Shown piece after piece: positions 23,868 through 39,430 of a stretch of DNA of 50,244 nucleotides (position 1 is the stretch's first letter; each line of letters starts with the position of its first letter). Source of the DNA: Chromera velia (Eukaryota); contig JAHBMJ010000324.1 in assembly GCA_018398765.1 (NCBI GenBank), forward strand, positions 1 through 50,244, read 5' to 3'. The notes beneath the pieces were generated by a model. It searched no databases, was not told the origin of the DNA, and saw nothing but the letters and a program-made list of their open reading frames with translations. Made by a program: the position numbers and the translations under genes.

Positions 23868-25166
23868 ATGCCACAAAAAACTTTTTCATGCACTAAAAAG
23901 TTAAATTTTTTAGCGAAGCTTTAAAGTTATGGAGTTTAAAAAAATGAATGATATTAAATTAATAGTATAATAATTAAGGTTTTTTTAGTGATTGAAACGA
24001 TGAACAATAACTTTAGTCGCTATATTAAACATGACTCGCGCGTTCATCTACATTTATGCAAGTTTTGATTTAAGTCATATAGTCCCCAAAGCGAAACCGT
24101 ACCCGAAACTTAGCGAAACGCAAAGCCAAATTCATTTTTTATGCAAGCCTGCGGGAGCAACCGGCTCTCCACAATCGACTCGGAGGCAAAGGAAACGTAA
24201 AGGGGAGAATCGATTTATGGAGAGACGGAATCGAGTAAAAGTTTAGTCTGTGACTATCTGTCTAGGAGTTGTCCGATTCTGGGTCCGATTAATACAATTT
24301 TTAATGCATATAGTACTTGAAATTCGTATCTTCAACCTAATCTTCTAGTGAGAGAGTAATATGGCGATTCCGTTCGATCTGTTTCTGAGTCACTGCATAT
24401 ACAGAGCTGCTCAAAGGTCTTTCTGCATAATGTGTATGTCTTTACACTTCCTGTACAGCTGTTTCAACCTATAATATATTAGGCTAGTATTAAATTTACA
24501 GTCCGCCTTTGGGACGCTGAGTATCAACTTTAATACGTTACTTCTAACCTTGTAGAAAAAGATTCCGTTAGATATTCCGTATCATAGAATGCGGACTATC
24601 AACAAATAGTCGATCCTCCCTAAAGACTTAGTACATTCTATAACTTTCATACATGAATTATTAAGTGTGTTATAGTATCATTGAGATCAGCTTGACATAT
24701 ATATATCTCCTATAAGAAGTGGATTTTTTTTGGAAAAAAAAAAAACCATACTTTTTCTGTTTAAAAAGATAATGATTCCTTGCCGTGTTAGGCCTTTCTG
24801 TGCGCGGCCCTAGGCGTGACCTTTAATTTCTTGAAGAATTTGAATTTTGAAAACATAACTTTTAACTGATTATTTGAAATTAACACAATAAACGCTCAGG
24901 CTTCTTATAGATAAGTTTTTATAAAAGGTCCCGTTTCAAGTTCAGATATTAATGAGATTTGAAAACTTTCAATTAAGTCATATGTTTTACTAAGTAGGGG
25001 TATGTTTCACTTACGTACTCACCTCAAGCCTTCTTTCGAAGTTGCACTTTGCTTGCTCACTTGAATTCATGATGTGCAAAGAGAAATTTCAAAAGGGAAA
25101 ATTTCATTAAGTATCACTCATTTTCTTACATCCGGTGAATCAGTCCGAAACGAATCAGATCGCCGT

Positions 25167-26394
25167 TCAACTCCCCCCTTCAGCTGCAATAGCTGCCGCT
25201 GCAGCGGCTCTCTTGGCCCGGACGGACCCAGTGGGATGCCGGGTCTTGTCAGGATTCTGGGGAGCCGACTGCCGCCCCCGGTTGGCTACTCGGAACCCCC
25301 CCATTCCAACTGTGGACTCAGCTGAAGGTGCAGGAGCTCCCTGCGGCTCTCCGTGGAGATCGTCTTCCTTCCTCTCGCGCGAGGGTGTGTTTGTGTGTCT
25401 TGGGGAGGAGACGGGAACCTGGGGGGAGTTCGGGTTGATACTCAAAAGATTCGGTAGACGAGATGCCGAGAGCAGCTGTCTTGACGAACGTGGGCCTGAG
25501 GCTCCCGAGTGAATCAGTCCGTTCGGTTGGCCTTCACCTTGTTGAGAGAGTCCGAGTTGAGCTCGAGGGGAGCCCTCTGGGGCCATCAGCCCTCCAGCAG
25601 ACCTGAACATCATCTGACTGGTGGTCTTGCCTTGTATCTCTCCATAGGAGACTGGGAGGTGGATCCGAAATGTGTGTGCAGGCGTGGTCTTGTGGAAGGA
25701 GGAAACGCGGGGAGAGGCGGCAATGGATGTGGAGGATGCGTAGGGGTCGGCAGCCGCCGTGCGTAGAGAGGCGGCAGTCGTATTCCCCTTCAGGCTTGGG
25801 GCTCCCCTTGTCGTTGTCCCTCCCTCCTTTGTGTGCTTCTGTGCAAAGGCTTCGACCCTGCAAATGCAAATGTTGGATGCATGGATCCAGTCCATTCATT
25901 CATCTTACGAGGTAAGCGCGATCGAACCGGTCATGGACATGAAAGCATGCAGGAAATATGTGGTAAGTGTTTGAAAACTGTGTCATGTTTTGTGCCTCTA
26001 CCTGCGCAACTGAAAGCCAAGTCTCTTCTTTTGTTTTCGCCTCCCTTTTTCCCTTCCAACCACAACAACAAACTCAAAACTGAGTCCGACGAAAGAGTGC
26101 ATGGATAGATACTTGCAGGCATCTCGGCTGACTGGAGAGTGCGATCTCGAGGGATCCTCATCACAGGCATTGCCGCCAGTCTCTCGATGGCGGCGCCCCC
26201 GTCCACAGCAGAGGGGTCCTCTCGGGTCCTGTAGGGGGCGCCGTCACTTCCTAGCATGCGAGTGGCACGACCTACCTGCAGACAGAAGCAGGAGAGGGAG
26301 AGAAGGAGGTGGGGGAGAAGAGAAACAGAATGTCCAGGTCCTCCCTTCCCTTCCCCTCAAAATTTGAACAACCTTTCCCTTACACACATACAAA

Positions 26395-26431
<37 letters not shown>

Positions 26432-29400
26432 GTCGCCTGAGATGAAAACTCAACTCCGATTTCAGCTCCGACTCTACCACTACACCTCGTCCCTAAGCAG
26501 ACACAAGAAGAGCACTTGGGGCCACGGCTAATGAACAACTCCCCTTCCACAGTCTTGCTGACTAGCTGACTGACTGACTGACTGACTGACTGACTGACTG
26601 ACTGACTCTGACTGTGAGCATTTTGACGTCGTTATCCTGAGGCATTTCCGGAGCGTTCAGTGCCCGCTCCACCGCACTCAAAATAGCCAGTCGAGTGTGG
26701 TCTGTGACGGGATCCGTCCTGTTGCGTGCTGCCCCGACGGTCTGGAACGACAAGGGCTCTGTCTCTACTGTGGGCTTGTTGCAAGACAGACACCTGACGC
26801 CCGAGATCACCGCCTCACCCTCTGCTGCCCTCAGTGCAGCCTGCAGGAAAGAACCGGACATTCTGCTCTTTCAGTGCAAATGGTCCACGTGCAGTACTAT
26901 GAAAAAAGAGTTACTCATGCTACAGCGTTCTCCTTTTGGCAAATTTGACGACCTGCAGTGTACGCTCGTGGAAAAAGAGAGGTGCAGCACCTTTTGCTCT
27001 GGAAGAAACCTCATGGCATTCTCTCTACATTTTTGGGGGGTTCTAGTGGATCAGAGAGGCTTCCTGCTCTTGACTGCAATAAGGCACTTGCTCACCGTGA
27101 GGTGACTGAGGACTCCCGTAAGTCTTGCGAGCTCCGGTTTTTCTGCCTGCAAGCAATCAGGGGAGGGAAACGGCAGCAAAGGGTATGAGCAAAATAAAAA
27201 GAACGCTTAGTGGAGTGCTACCACAGAGTCCTGAAACACACTGAGGTTCAAGATGGGAAGCGAGCGTATCAACTTTGGCAAGAGAGGAGTAAAGGCTCTC
27301 CTCCAAGTTTGAACAGCTGCATGGTCGATTGCTTGATCGCTCTGATAGATATACAGGCAAACTCACTTACTTTGTTGTCTTGAAGTGACACGACAGCCTG
27401 TGCAAGCTGCGACAGTCGTGCCGCGGTTTCTGATCGAACTTCGTCTGTCCATTCCGTCACTGCGGCCTCCAGTTTCTGCGCAGAGGAGGAAGGAAAGGAA
27501 CGTCAAGCGCTAGCTTTCAGTGGCGACGTTTCAAGGGAAAAGCTGAAGGGACAAAAACGGTCACACGGCTTGCAAGGAAAACAGAACCGTTAGCTACATT
27601 TCCAATTAAGCGTTAAAGTCGAAGAACGGAGAAAACACCAAGTGTCCCTGCATCACGAGGAAAAGAGGACCATCGAAAAGAAAGTCGACGCCTGGAGAGA
27701 GGGATTTAAGGAAGTGCCTTCATTCAGAGAGAGAGAAGAAGGGTCAAAGAGGGGAAAGGACAAAAAAGAAGAATGGGACAACCAGAAAGAAAGCCCCGAC
27801 GATCTGATTGATTGATTTATGGAATGATGGTGTTCCATAAGCGCAAATTAATGAATTTTGTTGTTGTGTTTCTGAGTTTGTGTTTTTGCGAGTCCACCTG
27901 TGTGGCCGCCAGTCTGACCGACTGACTGACATTTTGTTTTCTTTCGACGGCCTCGATTTGGTCCTTTGCCGTCCTCACGGAGTCGCGCGTCCAGTCTCTG
28001 ACCTCCTCGGACTCTCTTCTCAGGGCCTGCATGTTTTTGTTTTTGCATTTCAACAGAAAGAGACAGGAAGAACGGAAGGAAGAAAAGAGTCGAGACACAA
28101 AGAGAGTGAGGACGAAACTCAAGACGCATCAAGACGTATGCACACACATGCATACACCATTGTATGGACCTGCATTCGCGTACTGTGCCTCCTTTTTCAG
28201 TTCCTGAAGACAATCACATCGTCAGACTTTCCCAAAAGCAGTCACACTTCTTCTTTTCCTCTTTGACTATCGTCATATCCTGGTCCACCGAGGAAACGTC
28301 TAGGGCTAGAAACATCATTTGTGATGGACTCCCTGTCCACATGCTGAACCAAGTCGCTGCCTCCAGAAAGCCAATTGGCAAAGTCGATCTTCGTGTCTGT
28401 GAAGAGAAAAACATGCATCATGATGCTTCTCTTCTCTCTTCTCTCTCATTAGTCAATCAATCACGCACCTCTGCCAGGGACTTCAGCGCCCCCTTCGCCT
28501 CGTCGAAGCCGAAAACAATTGACGAAATCTTCTTCATTCTGCAAACGAAACAAAAGAAGGATCCAAAAAACAAAAAATCCTTAGTTGTCTTTGACCTGCA
28601 CTCATATGCTATGCTATACCATTCCAAACATGCGTCTGGGTCGACCTGTCGGAACCGCAGCTTGCGAGGGATACTTTGAATGGGGAAAAATGGGGAGAGA
28701 CTGCATGAGAGACCATCAACATGCAGGGGATCCCTTCTCTCATGCTTGACCCCTCCCCCCCCGCTGGTCACCTAGATCGATCCATAATGATCGCATGCAG
28801 AGAGAGAGAGAGAGAGAGAGCAACCCGAAGACTCGTGGAGAAACTAACCAACCTGTTGTCCACCATCAGCATCTGGTCAATTGCCTTTTCGATCGACTCC
28901 TTCTGAGTTTCGACTTTTGGGATGATCGTCTCCAGCTGCACGGAGGGAAGAGAAGAAATGAGCGAGCAGAGAGAAAAGAGGAGGAGGAAAAACTGTCTTC
29001 GCATCTTGAGGGCGAGCCTTTTGCTCTGTTTTCTGGCCACGTGTGGACACAGAAGCAGATTGAAAGGCGAGTGGCGGCGACGGAGCGCATTCAGCAATCT
29101 GATATGTCTTTCTACTTCACTTTGGACTGGTGCGGTACTCAAGTTGCTCGAGAGTGCAATCAGTTGTTGTTAGCAAGAACATGCAACAGAAAGGAAGGAA
29201 GCGCGAATCCAAAACTTCAGCCGACAGACACACCATTTTTCTATCCGCCTTGGACTGATCCAGCCGGACGAACTTGATCAGGTCGTCTTCCCGCTGTTTT
29301 GCCAAATCATCAATTTTCTCTCCCCAATGCCGACTCGCCTCTGCGATGCTGTCCATGGCCTCCAGAGCTCTCTTCAGTTTGGACCCCATCACCTCCACCT

Positions 29401-30410
29401 CCCCCCAATTTCTTCTGACATATTCAAGCTTGGCAGCCATGTCCTTTGTGAACGGTATTCTGTCTGGATGCTCTTCTGCTTCTGACTTTTGGCTCTTTCC
29501 CGGATCATCTGCCGCTGCCTGTGCGCTGCTCTGCTTCGGAGATGCATCCTCAATCCGTTGGTGTGCGGCTGCCTGCCGGAGTTCTTTGTTGACCTTGCTT
29601 GTCAACAACTGAACACCCAATTTGACTTCCTGAGATTGACTCATCAAGTCTTTGATGCGCACATCGGCAACGCCTGCTTGCTTCTCGACTGCGAGTGTAG
29701 TCTGCTTGAGCTTCTCCAGATCCTGTGAGGAAGAGGAAAAGGAAGACAGAACCATCACAAAGAGAACAAAACACGTTACATAGGAAAAGAGAGAGGCTCA
29801 GTGACACGAAGGGACGCGGCATCAGCGGAATAGTCAGACAAATAAGCAGTGGGTAGTCAGACAGGTAAATAGATGGGCAGCCAGAGAGTAGGGCAGAACA
29901 GCAGTAACTCACAGCCACTGCGCGTGATGCAACCTCTCTTCCATATTCCAAGCTTGTAGGGGCTCGCATGAGGTTCTAGTCCTGTAAGAAGCCCATCAGC
30001 ATTTCCTTCATACATGAAATCCTCTGCCCTTTCAGTCTTCACTCACACCCATCGACCAGCCTAAGGCCTTTCACGCCGTCCTCACCCGCTGCTCACGCAT
30101 GTCATTTCCTTTCGGTTCGTCTTTCATGCACATGCACGGTCCAGGCAGACAGTTGGTAGGGGAACGGCCGGACGATTGAACACATGCTGACCTTAACCAA
30201 GCCCTCCTGCACTGCGTTCTGTTTGGTGACCACATCCGCCAGAGCCTGCAATGCGTCCTGGAGGGGGTCGTAGTGCAGACCCACATGACCGTCCTGGCTC
30301 AGCTGGTAGCGTACAAGACGAGTGATGTCGTGGCGTTCTCCACACACTTCGATGTGCCGCTCTGGGCGCGGCGTCTGACTGCGCATCATCTCCGCTGTCG
30401 AAACCGCCAT
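25167..30410 (-). CDS. Multi-exon coiled-coil protein with RCLSC motif (unknown function; resembles the QRICH2/C16orf96-type CLSC motif)
   Basis: Exon 1 30410-30192 (MAVSTAEMM...GLVK, donor GTCAGC). Exon from 29722 (DLEKLKQTTL...). Heptad-rich exons near 28.9, 28.5, 28.0 and 27.4 kb. VRCLSCNKP exon at about 26840-26607. Terminal low-complexity exon ends 25167. Not all internal boundaries were resolved. Confidence 0.7.
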
Positions 30411-31263
30411 GGTTGGTTGGATTTCTGTTCAAGCTTTGGTGTAGGTAGATAAATTCAAACTCCAACCCTTTGTTGCCCTTTTGTTGGGCCTGTGGGCAAC
30501 ACCTTGATGCAGAGGGTGTTGACGAACGAGAGCCCTTCTGGCTGGGCGACGCTGTCAGGAGAAAATCTGACGGTACCTTTTCGCGCAAAGGTCAGGACTC
30601 AGTCTGACACAAGTCAATTTCTTGAGGAAAGGCCGAGCCCCACTCTTGTTTGACACTCAGGCAGGTAGTGTGGCCTCCCCTTACTCAGTCAAGTTGGTAG
30701 AGGGAGAGTCTTTCCTTCAAGCAAGGGTCGCAGTGAGACCGTCATGCCAGGAGAGTTTTCATGTCAGAGTCACCTTCAAGTAAGGCATTGAATCAGTGTA
30801 TCGATATACATATACAATTTGCATGCATGCGCGCCAAAATTTAAAAAAGTCAAAAACGTGCATTTTTCGCGCGAACTTTTCGCGCGCACATCAAGAGCAG
30901 GACATGCATGCATGCATCATGTTGCATGCAACGAACAAAGTTGCAACACACCCCACACGGTCCATGACACACAGGTATATATATATATATAGGTCAGACG
31001 ATTCTGAGACGAATTCAGACGATGCCGCACAACGCTCACTCATGCAGTGCCAGAGCCTTTATTGTATTCGTAAAATTGTCCCTCTGAAGCCATTTTCTCC
31101 ACCAGCTGACCAGATAGGCCAAACGTAGCTCAGTCAAGCAAGCCAACACCTCTCACCAGGTGTGAAATGATTCCGTTACAGACGGGAAGTCAATCTGCAT
31201 GCGTACATACAGACGTCCTTCCCCTTCCAAAAGCGAAACGATAGATTTCTGCGACTGCCTGCC

Positions 31264-32739
31264 ATGGATTGGACAAAGATGTCCGGTCTGAACTTCTTGC
31301 TTTTCTGCTTTTACACCACTTTTGCCTCCGGCTTGTGTAGTGCCGCCCCTGAGAACGGGAATGAAGCCATCGGAAAGAGCTCAAAAGCTCATTGCACTGT
31401 AGATTCGGATTTTGTGGCCACCTGCGACTACGAGACTCTTTGCTCTGATGGCGAAACTTTGTTCATCGTTGCAGCAGAAAGAGAGGCCGAACTGGAAGAA
31501 GCTACAGCAAATTGGAAAGTCCCGCTTAATGAAATTGCCCCTGAACTGGAAAGACAGTCGCACAGCGAATCAATTGAATACTTCTTCTCCGGTGACGGAA
31601 AGAAGGCGGTGACTCCCCGAACCTACCTGGACACATACGCATTCACATCTTGGGAACAGATGCAGCAGAGTGGACCCATTGACTGGTTGCCAAACGGAAC
31701 CAAATTCGTGCACCCTGAACACCAGGCGAATCTGTATCATTTTGCCACGATTTTCATGCCTGTGTGGAGTGACGTTGTCTCTTCCCCCGACGGGTCTGTT
31801 TACTTCGTCAACACAGAGCAGCACTGTCTTGGGGAGTGGAAGAAAATGGTGTTTCGAGCTCTAGTCACACAGGCTGAGGGACTCTTATCGGAAGAACAGA
31901 TGAGCGAATGGTTGGACTCGATGCCGCAACGGAGGCATGACCTACCAAAACCCCGATCCGCTGTCTTAACGCGGGACCATGTATGGGGGCTTCCAGGTGG
32001 TCAGGAGACGCCGTGTGAACTGCAGACCCTCAAACGGAGAGAGCCCTTCACGGTATGTGCTCACCATGCACGTACTTTTGGTGTTCGTTCGTTCGTCCTC
32101 GGAGGCTACAGGGACCATGCGACTTTGAGAAAGGCCCTCGGGGTCTCTGAACGACCAAGGGCAGAGAGAAGCAAGTCACCAATCATCACGGTGATCGACC
32201 GCCAAGACCGAGAGGGCAATGTTCGGGCACTCGCAGACCCAGAGGGAATCATGGAGGCCCTCCAAGAGCTTCCTGCCTATTTGAACGCAAGTGTGAGGTA
32301 CCACCCTGCAATGCCGGTAGACCCATACGATCAGGTGCGGTTGATGGCAGAGACAGACGTCCTTGTGATGACTGTAGGAGCTGGATTGACCAATGCAATT
32401 TTCCTTTCGCAGAACTCAGCCGTTGTGCAACTATATCCCTACGGCATTCTGCGTTTCCCCTATTTCTCTGAGCCCATTTCACGCGCAGGAATGAAGTACC
32501 GAGAGGTCTTCGGTGTCGTATCTGAAGAGTTTCTAAATCGGTTGGAAGAAATCGGCCCTCCGTACGACCAGTGTGTGGAGGACGCCAGACGAATAGACAG
32601 CCCCTATCACAAAAAAAGGATGGATCAGGACCATGTCTGTCACATTTACGCGTGGTTGCTTGGTGAGACCCTTGTTGAGCCTCATTTGGTGCGGGAGGCG
32701 GTGCACGACTGTATTTTGAGCCTGGGCCATTTCACATAG
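31264..32739 (+). CDS. Glycosyltransferase family 61 (DUF563)-like protein, intronless, with N-terminal signal peptide
   Basis: 491-aa ORF. NLYHF, ITVIDR...R.L and DQVRLMAETDVLVMTVGAGLTNAIFL...AVVQLYPYG match the GT61 C-terminal signature. Confidence 0.85.
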   Translation: MDWTKMSGLNFLLFCFYTTFASGLCSAAPENGNEAIGKSSKAHCTVDSDFVATCDYETLCSDGETLFIVAAEREAELEEATANWKVPLNEIAPELERQSHSESIEYFFSGDGKKAVTPRTYLDTYAFTSWEQMQQSGPIDWLPNGTKFVHPEHQANLYHFATIFMPVWSDVVSSPDGSVYFVNTEQHCLGEWKKMVFRALVTQAEGLLSEEQMSEWLDSMPQRRHDLPKPRSAVLTRDHVWGLPGGQETPCELQTLKRREPFTVCAHHARTFGVRSFVLGGYRDHATLRKALGVSERPRAERSKSPIITVIDRQDREGNVRALADPEGIMEALQELPAYLNASVRYHPAMPVDPYDQVRLMAETDVLVMTVGAGLTNAIFLSQNSAVVQLYPYGILRFPYFSEPISRAGMKYREVFGVVSEEFLNRLEEIGPPYDQCVEDARRIDSPYHKKRMDQDHVCHIYAWLLGETLVEPHLVREAVHDCILSLGHFT

Positions 32740-33628
32740 CGTGCTACAAAATGCAGCACAGTCCCCGTGCTTTTTCCGATGTTCTTTGGTTGAACACAGT
32801 CCCCTTTGCCTCTTGCGATCTACTTTGGGGCAGCACCATCCCCTCGCCTTTCCGATCTTCCTTAGGGGAGCACCATGCCACCGTCCCATATTAATTAAAC
32901 TTATACTTATTATCATGATTACTTAACGAGTCAACAAGTAGTGATCATATTCTAGGATTTAAGGATCATGTTCGATTTCACCAGTCTGGATTTGAACTAA
33001 AACTAGCTAATTCTTGCTCAAATCTAGGCTTTAATTGCACCAAGTAACGGTCCAAGTTTCGCACTCTACTTAATTCGTACTGCATGCACTGTTATTTATT
33101 ATTGATTGACAGTTTTTTTTTTCTTATTAAGGATTTTTCTTGTATATGTCTATTAAAACCTATCTAAACCTAGACAACCTTTAGAACCTAGATCTAAATT
33201 AACTAGGTTCTATATAAATCAAGATATGTAGAGCCCAAAAAGAAAAAAAAAAGAAGCGATCCGAGGCCTATACCGTATACCGTTTAATAAAACCAAACGA
33301 TAGTTACTATGCAACATGCAGATAGAAAATATTTCTACTGTTAAGTTGTACAATGCCTTACAATACCTAATATAAACAATAGTTTTTCAAGTTTGTCCTT
33401 TTCTAAAAAAGTATAAAGGGTTTAATTGATGAGAGTTTTTTTTAAAAAGCCTCCTTTCGCCAGCGCCTCGGGTAACTTATAAGGTGACTTAATATTTGCT
33501 AAACAAACATAAAAATTCAGTTAGCCAGAATATCATATTTTGGATGCAAAGATATCTTAATATACCGTAACTTCATATAACATGTTTCTCAGGCTATCCT
33601 TTTTGTTTTAAAACGTCAACATCTGCTT

Positions 33629-33826
33629 CTACGTCAACACGTCAGAGGGCCCGAAAGGTGAAAGAAAGTTAAGCGACCCGAGACCCTCCACCTCCCAACA
33701 GACTTCCACATGATCACTGGTTGGTTCACACGTTAATCTTCTGCTGCTACCACTCAAGACGAAAGGAAGAGAAAAAAGATAAAAAACGAGACAGACTATA
33801 TGTTTCTTCTTCTTCCTCCTTTTCTT

Positions 33827-33874
<48 letters not shown>

Positions 33875-35432
33875 TACAGATAGACAGACAGACAAACAGA
33901 CTATGTGTTTCTTCTTCTTCTTCTCCCTCCTTTTCTTCAGACGGACAGACGGACGGACAGATGAGCAGGTAAACAGATGGAAAGGTAAGTCAGTAGGTAC
34001 GTGGGCAGTTCGTTTTCAGTCGGGCCTTCAGTCTGTCTGTCTGGTTGTTCTTTTGGTGTCTGCCCGTCAGAAGAAGAGAATGGCAGCAGTGGACAGGCTG
34101 CATCCATTCAAGCCACGCAGCGCCATGCAGCAGCAGGATCCAGTATTTCTCATCCTCTTCGATCTTCCGGTGCATCTCTCTGCGATGGATTTCTTCCGTC
34201 GATTCTTCAACAAAATAGCCGTCCTCCTTCACGCACTTACAGAACGAATCCCATCTCACAGGGAGACAGCAAGGCCACTTGAATGAACATCCTTCGACTT
34301 TAGTTTTTGCTTTCTCGCTCACCTGCTGCTGCAGTGGACGACGAAGAACCTGCTGACACCTCCGGCTGTGCTTTTCCCGTTCTCTGCATGTGAAAGCAGG
34401 CAACGGAGAGGAGCAGGAAGAGGAGGGCAGTCGAGGGTGAGGAAATAAATAAGAGAACTTAAATAGGAGAATCTGATGCATTCAAGTTTAAATGCATCGA
34501 GAGGACTGTTCAAATAGGACCCGTGCTAAGAACGCTCGAACATACTTCGAAGGAGGAACGGATAGGGTCTACGTTAAATGCTGACGGGGGGCGAACAGGG
34601 TAGGGTCTACGTTAAATGCTGACGGGGGGCGAACAAGGTCTACGTTAAATACTGACGGGGGGCGAACAGGGTCTACGTTAAATGCTGACGGGGGGCGAAC
34701 AGGGTCTACGTTACATACTGACGGGGGGCGAACAGGGTCTACGTTAAATACTGACGGGGGACGAACAGGGTCTACGTTAAATACTGACGGGGGATGGACA
34801 GGGTCTGCTCTAAATAGAGAGAGCGTGTTTGCAAACTGATCGATCAAGGGCCGTGCAGTCAACAGTGAAGGGATCCGTCAACGTACGTACTTCCGGAATC
34901 AGGCAGGCAGACAAGAAAAATGTGTGGGTAACTGAGTGGACCCACTGCCTCAAGAGTACACAGAGACTGTCTGCCAACAATTCCTTCCGTACCGCCAACG
35001 TCCTCCCATCACAAGACTGACTTAGACAGAAAGACAAGAAGAAAGATCAGGGGAGAAAGACAGGAAGAGACTGTCACTTTCTCCGGGTGGCCGGTGGGGG
35101 TAGATCCCAAGCCTTTGCCGAACCCCGCAAAAAGTACGGCCGATCGATCGTTCATTCGGAAAAACAAACACGACTCCCTCCCTCATGCTGGCCTTCCTCT
35201 GTTCTAATGATCCAGCGAAAGCAAAGTGTTGATTCGTTGTCTCCAAACGACACTCAACGACAACAGGTGGAGGTTCAGATTCAACGGCAATCGCACACAG
35301 AACTATGCGCGCCTTTCTCATTTCTCGCTGTAGGTCGCTTCTTCTACTCCCCTCAAGCCAGTCACTGCAACCATCAGTGAAAAGTCTGACTGACCCAGTC
35401 CGTCTGGACCCTTCGCCTTCGGATCCGGACAC
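33629..35432 (-). CDS. Probable multi-exon gene, unknown product
   Basis: Protein-like segments at about 35432-35085, 35010-34935, 34385-34323 and 34260-34080 are bounded by plausible GT/AG sites and pyrimidine tracts on the minus strand. No recognisable family. Confidence 0.4.
34566..34806. repeat. 33-bp minisatellite, about 7 copies
   Basis: Unit GGGTCTACGTTAAAT(G/A)CTGACGGGGGGCGAACA repeated head-to-tail without spacers. Confidence 0.95.
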
Positions 35433-37080
35433 TCACTCCATCTGCAGGTACACAAACAACAGAAAAGGAATTAAGGAGAGAGAAATGACTCATCAAGTCA
35501 TCAAATGATCAAACGCGCATCGACATACAGATATGTATCCGCGCTGGTTTGGCTGCACCCGACAATCTGAGGGAATTGAAGAAAGGAGAATCGAATGACT
35601 GCGGCTTGAGAAGTGGCAGACTGAACGACTGACTTGGGGTCCTGGAATCGGTGGACAGGTTTCTCAGAGGATCAGTTTGGAAGAAGCAAGAGGTGGGAGA
35701 TATGAGGAGCCGGGTTATCAATGCCTCTACCATTCGTAAGACCTCATGAGCTGAAACGGCAGCGGAAAAAAACTTCCAAACAACATGGTGAACAGTCGTG
35801 GGGTGGAGAGATCTTCTCAGAGATCGAAGAAGGAAGAGGTGGGAGAGATCTGAGTGAGGAGCCGGATTATCAATACCTCTATCATTCGTAAGACCATGGA
35901 AGACCCGATGAGCTAAAACAGAACAAACAGAAGGCTGCAGCGGGGCAACCAACTTCCGAACAACATCATTGCGTCACTGGACGTACGTGGGGAGGCGTTG
36001 AGAGGACTCAGAGGATCTTAGAGGAGACATGGGTCATCATGCATGTGAGTGCATGGCCCCGGAAATACGGAAATCGAATACATGCGCAGACTGAATCACA
36101 CCTCAAGCGTAAGTTACAGACTTTTGCGGGTGACTCGCACGGACCAGTTGGGTAGAGCCAGGCTGATGAGGTAGACGGGCATGTTATACTATCTCAATTA
36201 CCTGGTAAACTGATTACACTCAGTGTTCAGAGACTAGAGTGGGAATTGGACTCCGAGTCGGAGTCGGACAACGAAGACAAATCAGACCTATCTACATCCC
36301 TACCCCGGCCCCCTCTTTCGACAGCAAATCAGAGAGACGACAAGAGACTACAAAAGATAAAAATGAGTAAGTTCAACCTTCAAGTAGACCTTTAAGGTGA
36401 AAACGATTATAAACTTTCGCTTACCTTGGCTAACCTTCACCCTATAAAGCATCTTTTCATACAGATAAAACCTACAATTAATACACACTAAAGTATGTAA
36501 TAATACATTCCTAAAAGTCATAGTTTGAATTAATGCACACTAAAATGTGTACTAATTCATTCATCAAAATTCTGTTAAAATTAGTAAAAATTAGTTAAAA
36601 TGTGTAACATTTTTATGTTTAACAAAACATTTTGAAAAAAGTGATTGTGTAACTCTACAGATTTGGTGTATCTCCATAATTTCCATTATATCTCAACTAT
36701 CAAAACATATTTTTAAGTCAAAAAAACTGGGTTTTTAATTTTTTTAGGGGGGTTGCGTACCGCTGTAGTGGAAGGTTGGAGGGAGGCCCAGTTTATACCA
36801 CTGGCACTCAAATAAATTTTTACCTAGCCCCTTTTAAATCTACTTTTAAATTGTATTGTATGTTATATGTATTGAAAACATGATTATATACATTAGTATA
36901 TCTAAGATTCTTAGGCTGACAGAGCTTAACGCCTAGCTTAACGCTAGGCTTAACCTAGCTTAACCCATTTCAGAGGAATCTGAGAGGATCAGTGTCAATT
37001 TCATACATATGGTATCGCGACACGATGGCTGCCGGGTTTAGTCAACCTCATCATCGAAGGCTAGTATAACTTAGAGTGTC

Positions 37081-39290
<2,210 letters not shown>

Positions 39291-39430
39291 GCAATCATGC
39301 AGACAGACAGACAGACACACAGAAACAAAGAACAAAGGAAGGGAATGACGAGGGATGGGAGGACAAAAAGCTTCCTGATTTCACGAAACAAGGCACACTA
39401 GGTGGAACTCCCGGCGTCGCCCAATCTCAT

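Noticed and set aside
30672..30760. tRNA-like or SINE-like segment (TACTCAGT..TTGGTAGAG)
   Set aside because: There is an A-box-like start, but no convincing T-arm/B-box or acceptor stem.
34566..34806. 33-bp repeat as a CRISPR array or as a coding NVDPVRPPSVF repeat protein
   Set aside because: There are no spacers. The open frame follows simply from a unit length divisible by 3, and it probably lies in an intron.
35680..35970. Two diverged direct copies of about 150-190 bp with coding-like look
   Set aside because: The duplication is real, but frames are broken and no family is recognisable.
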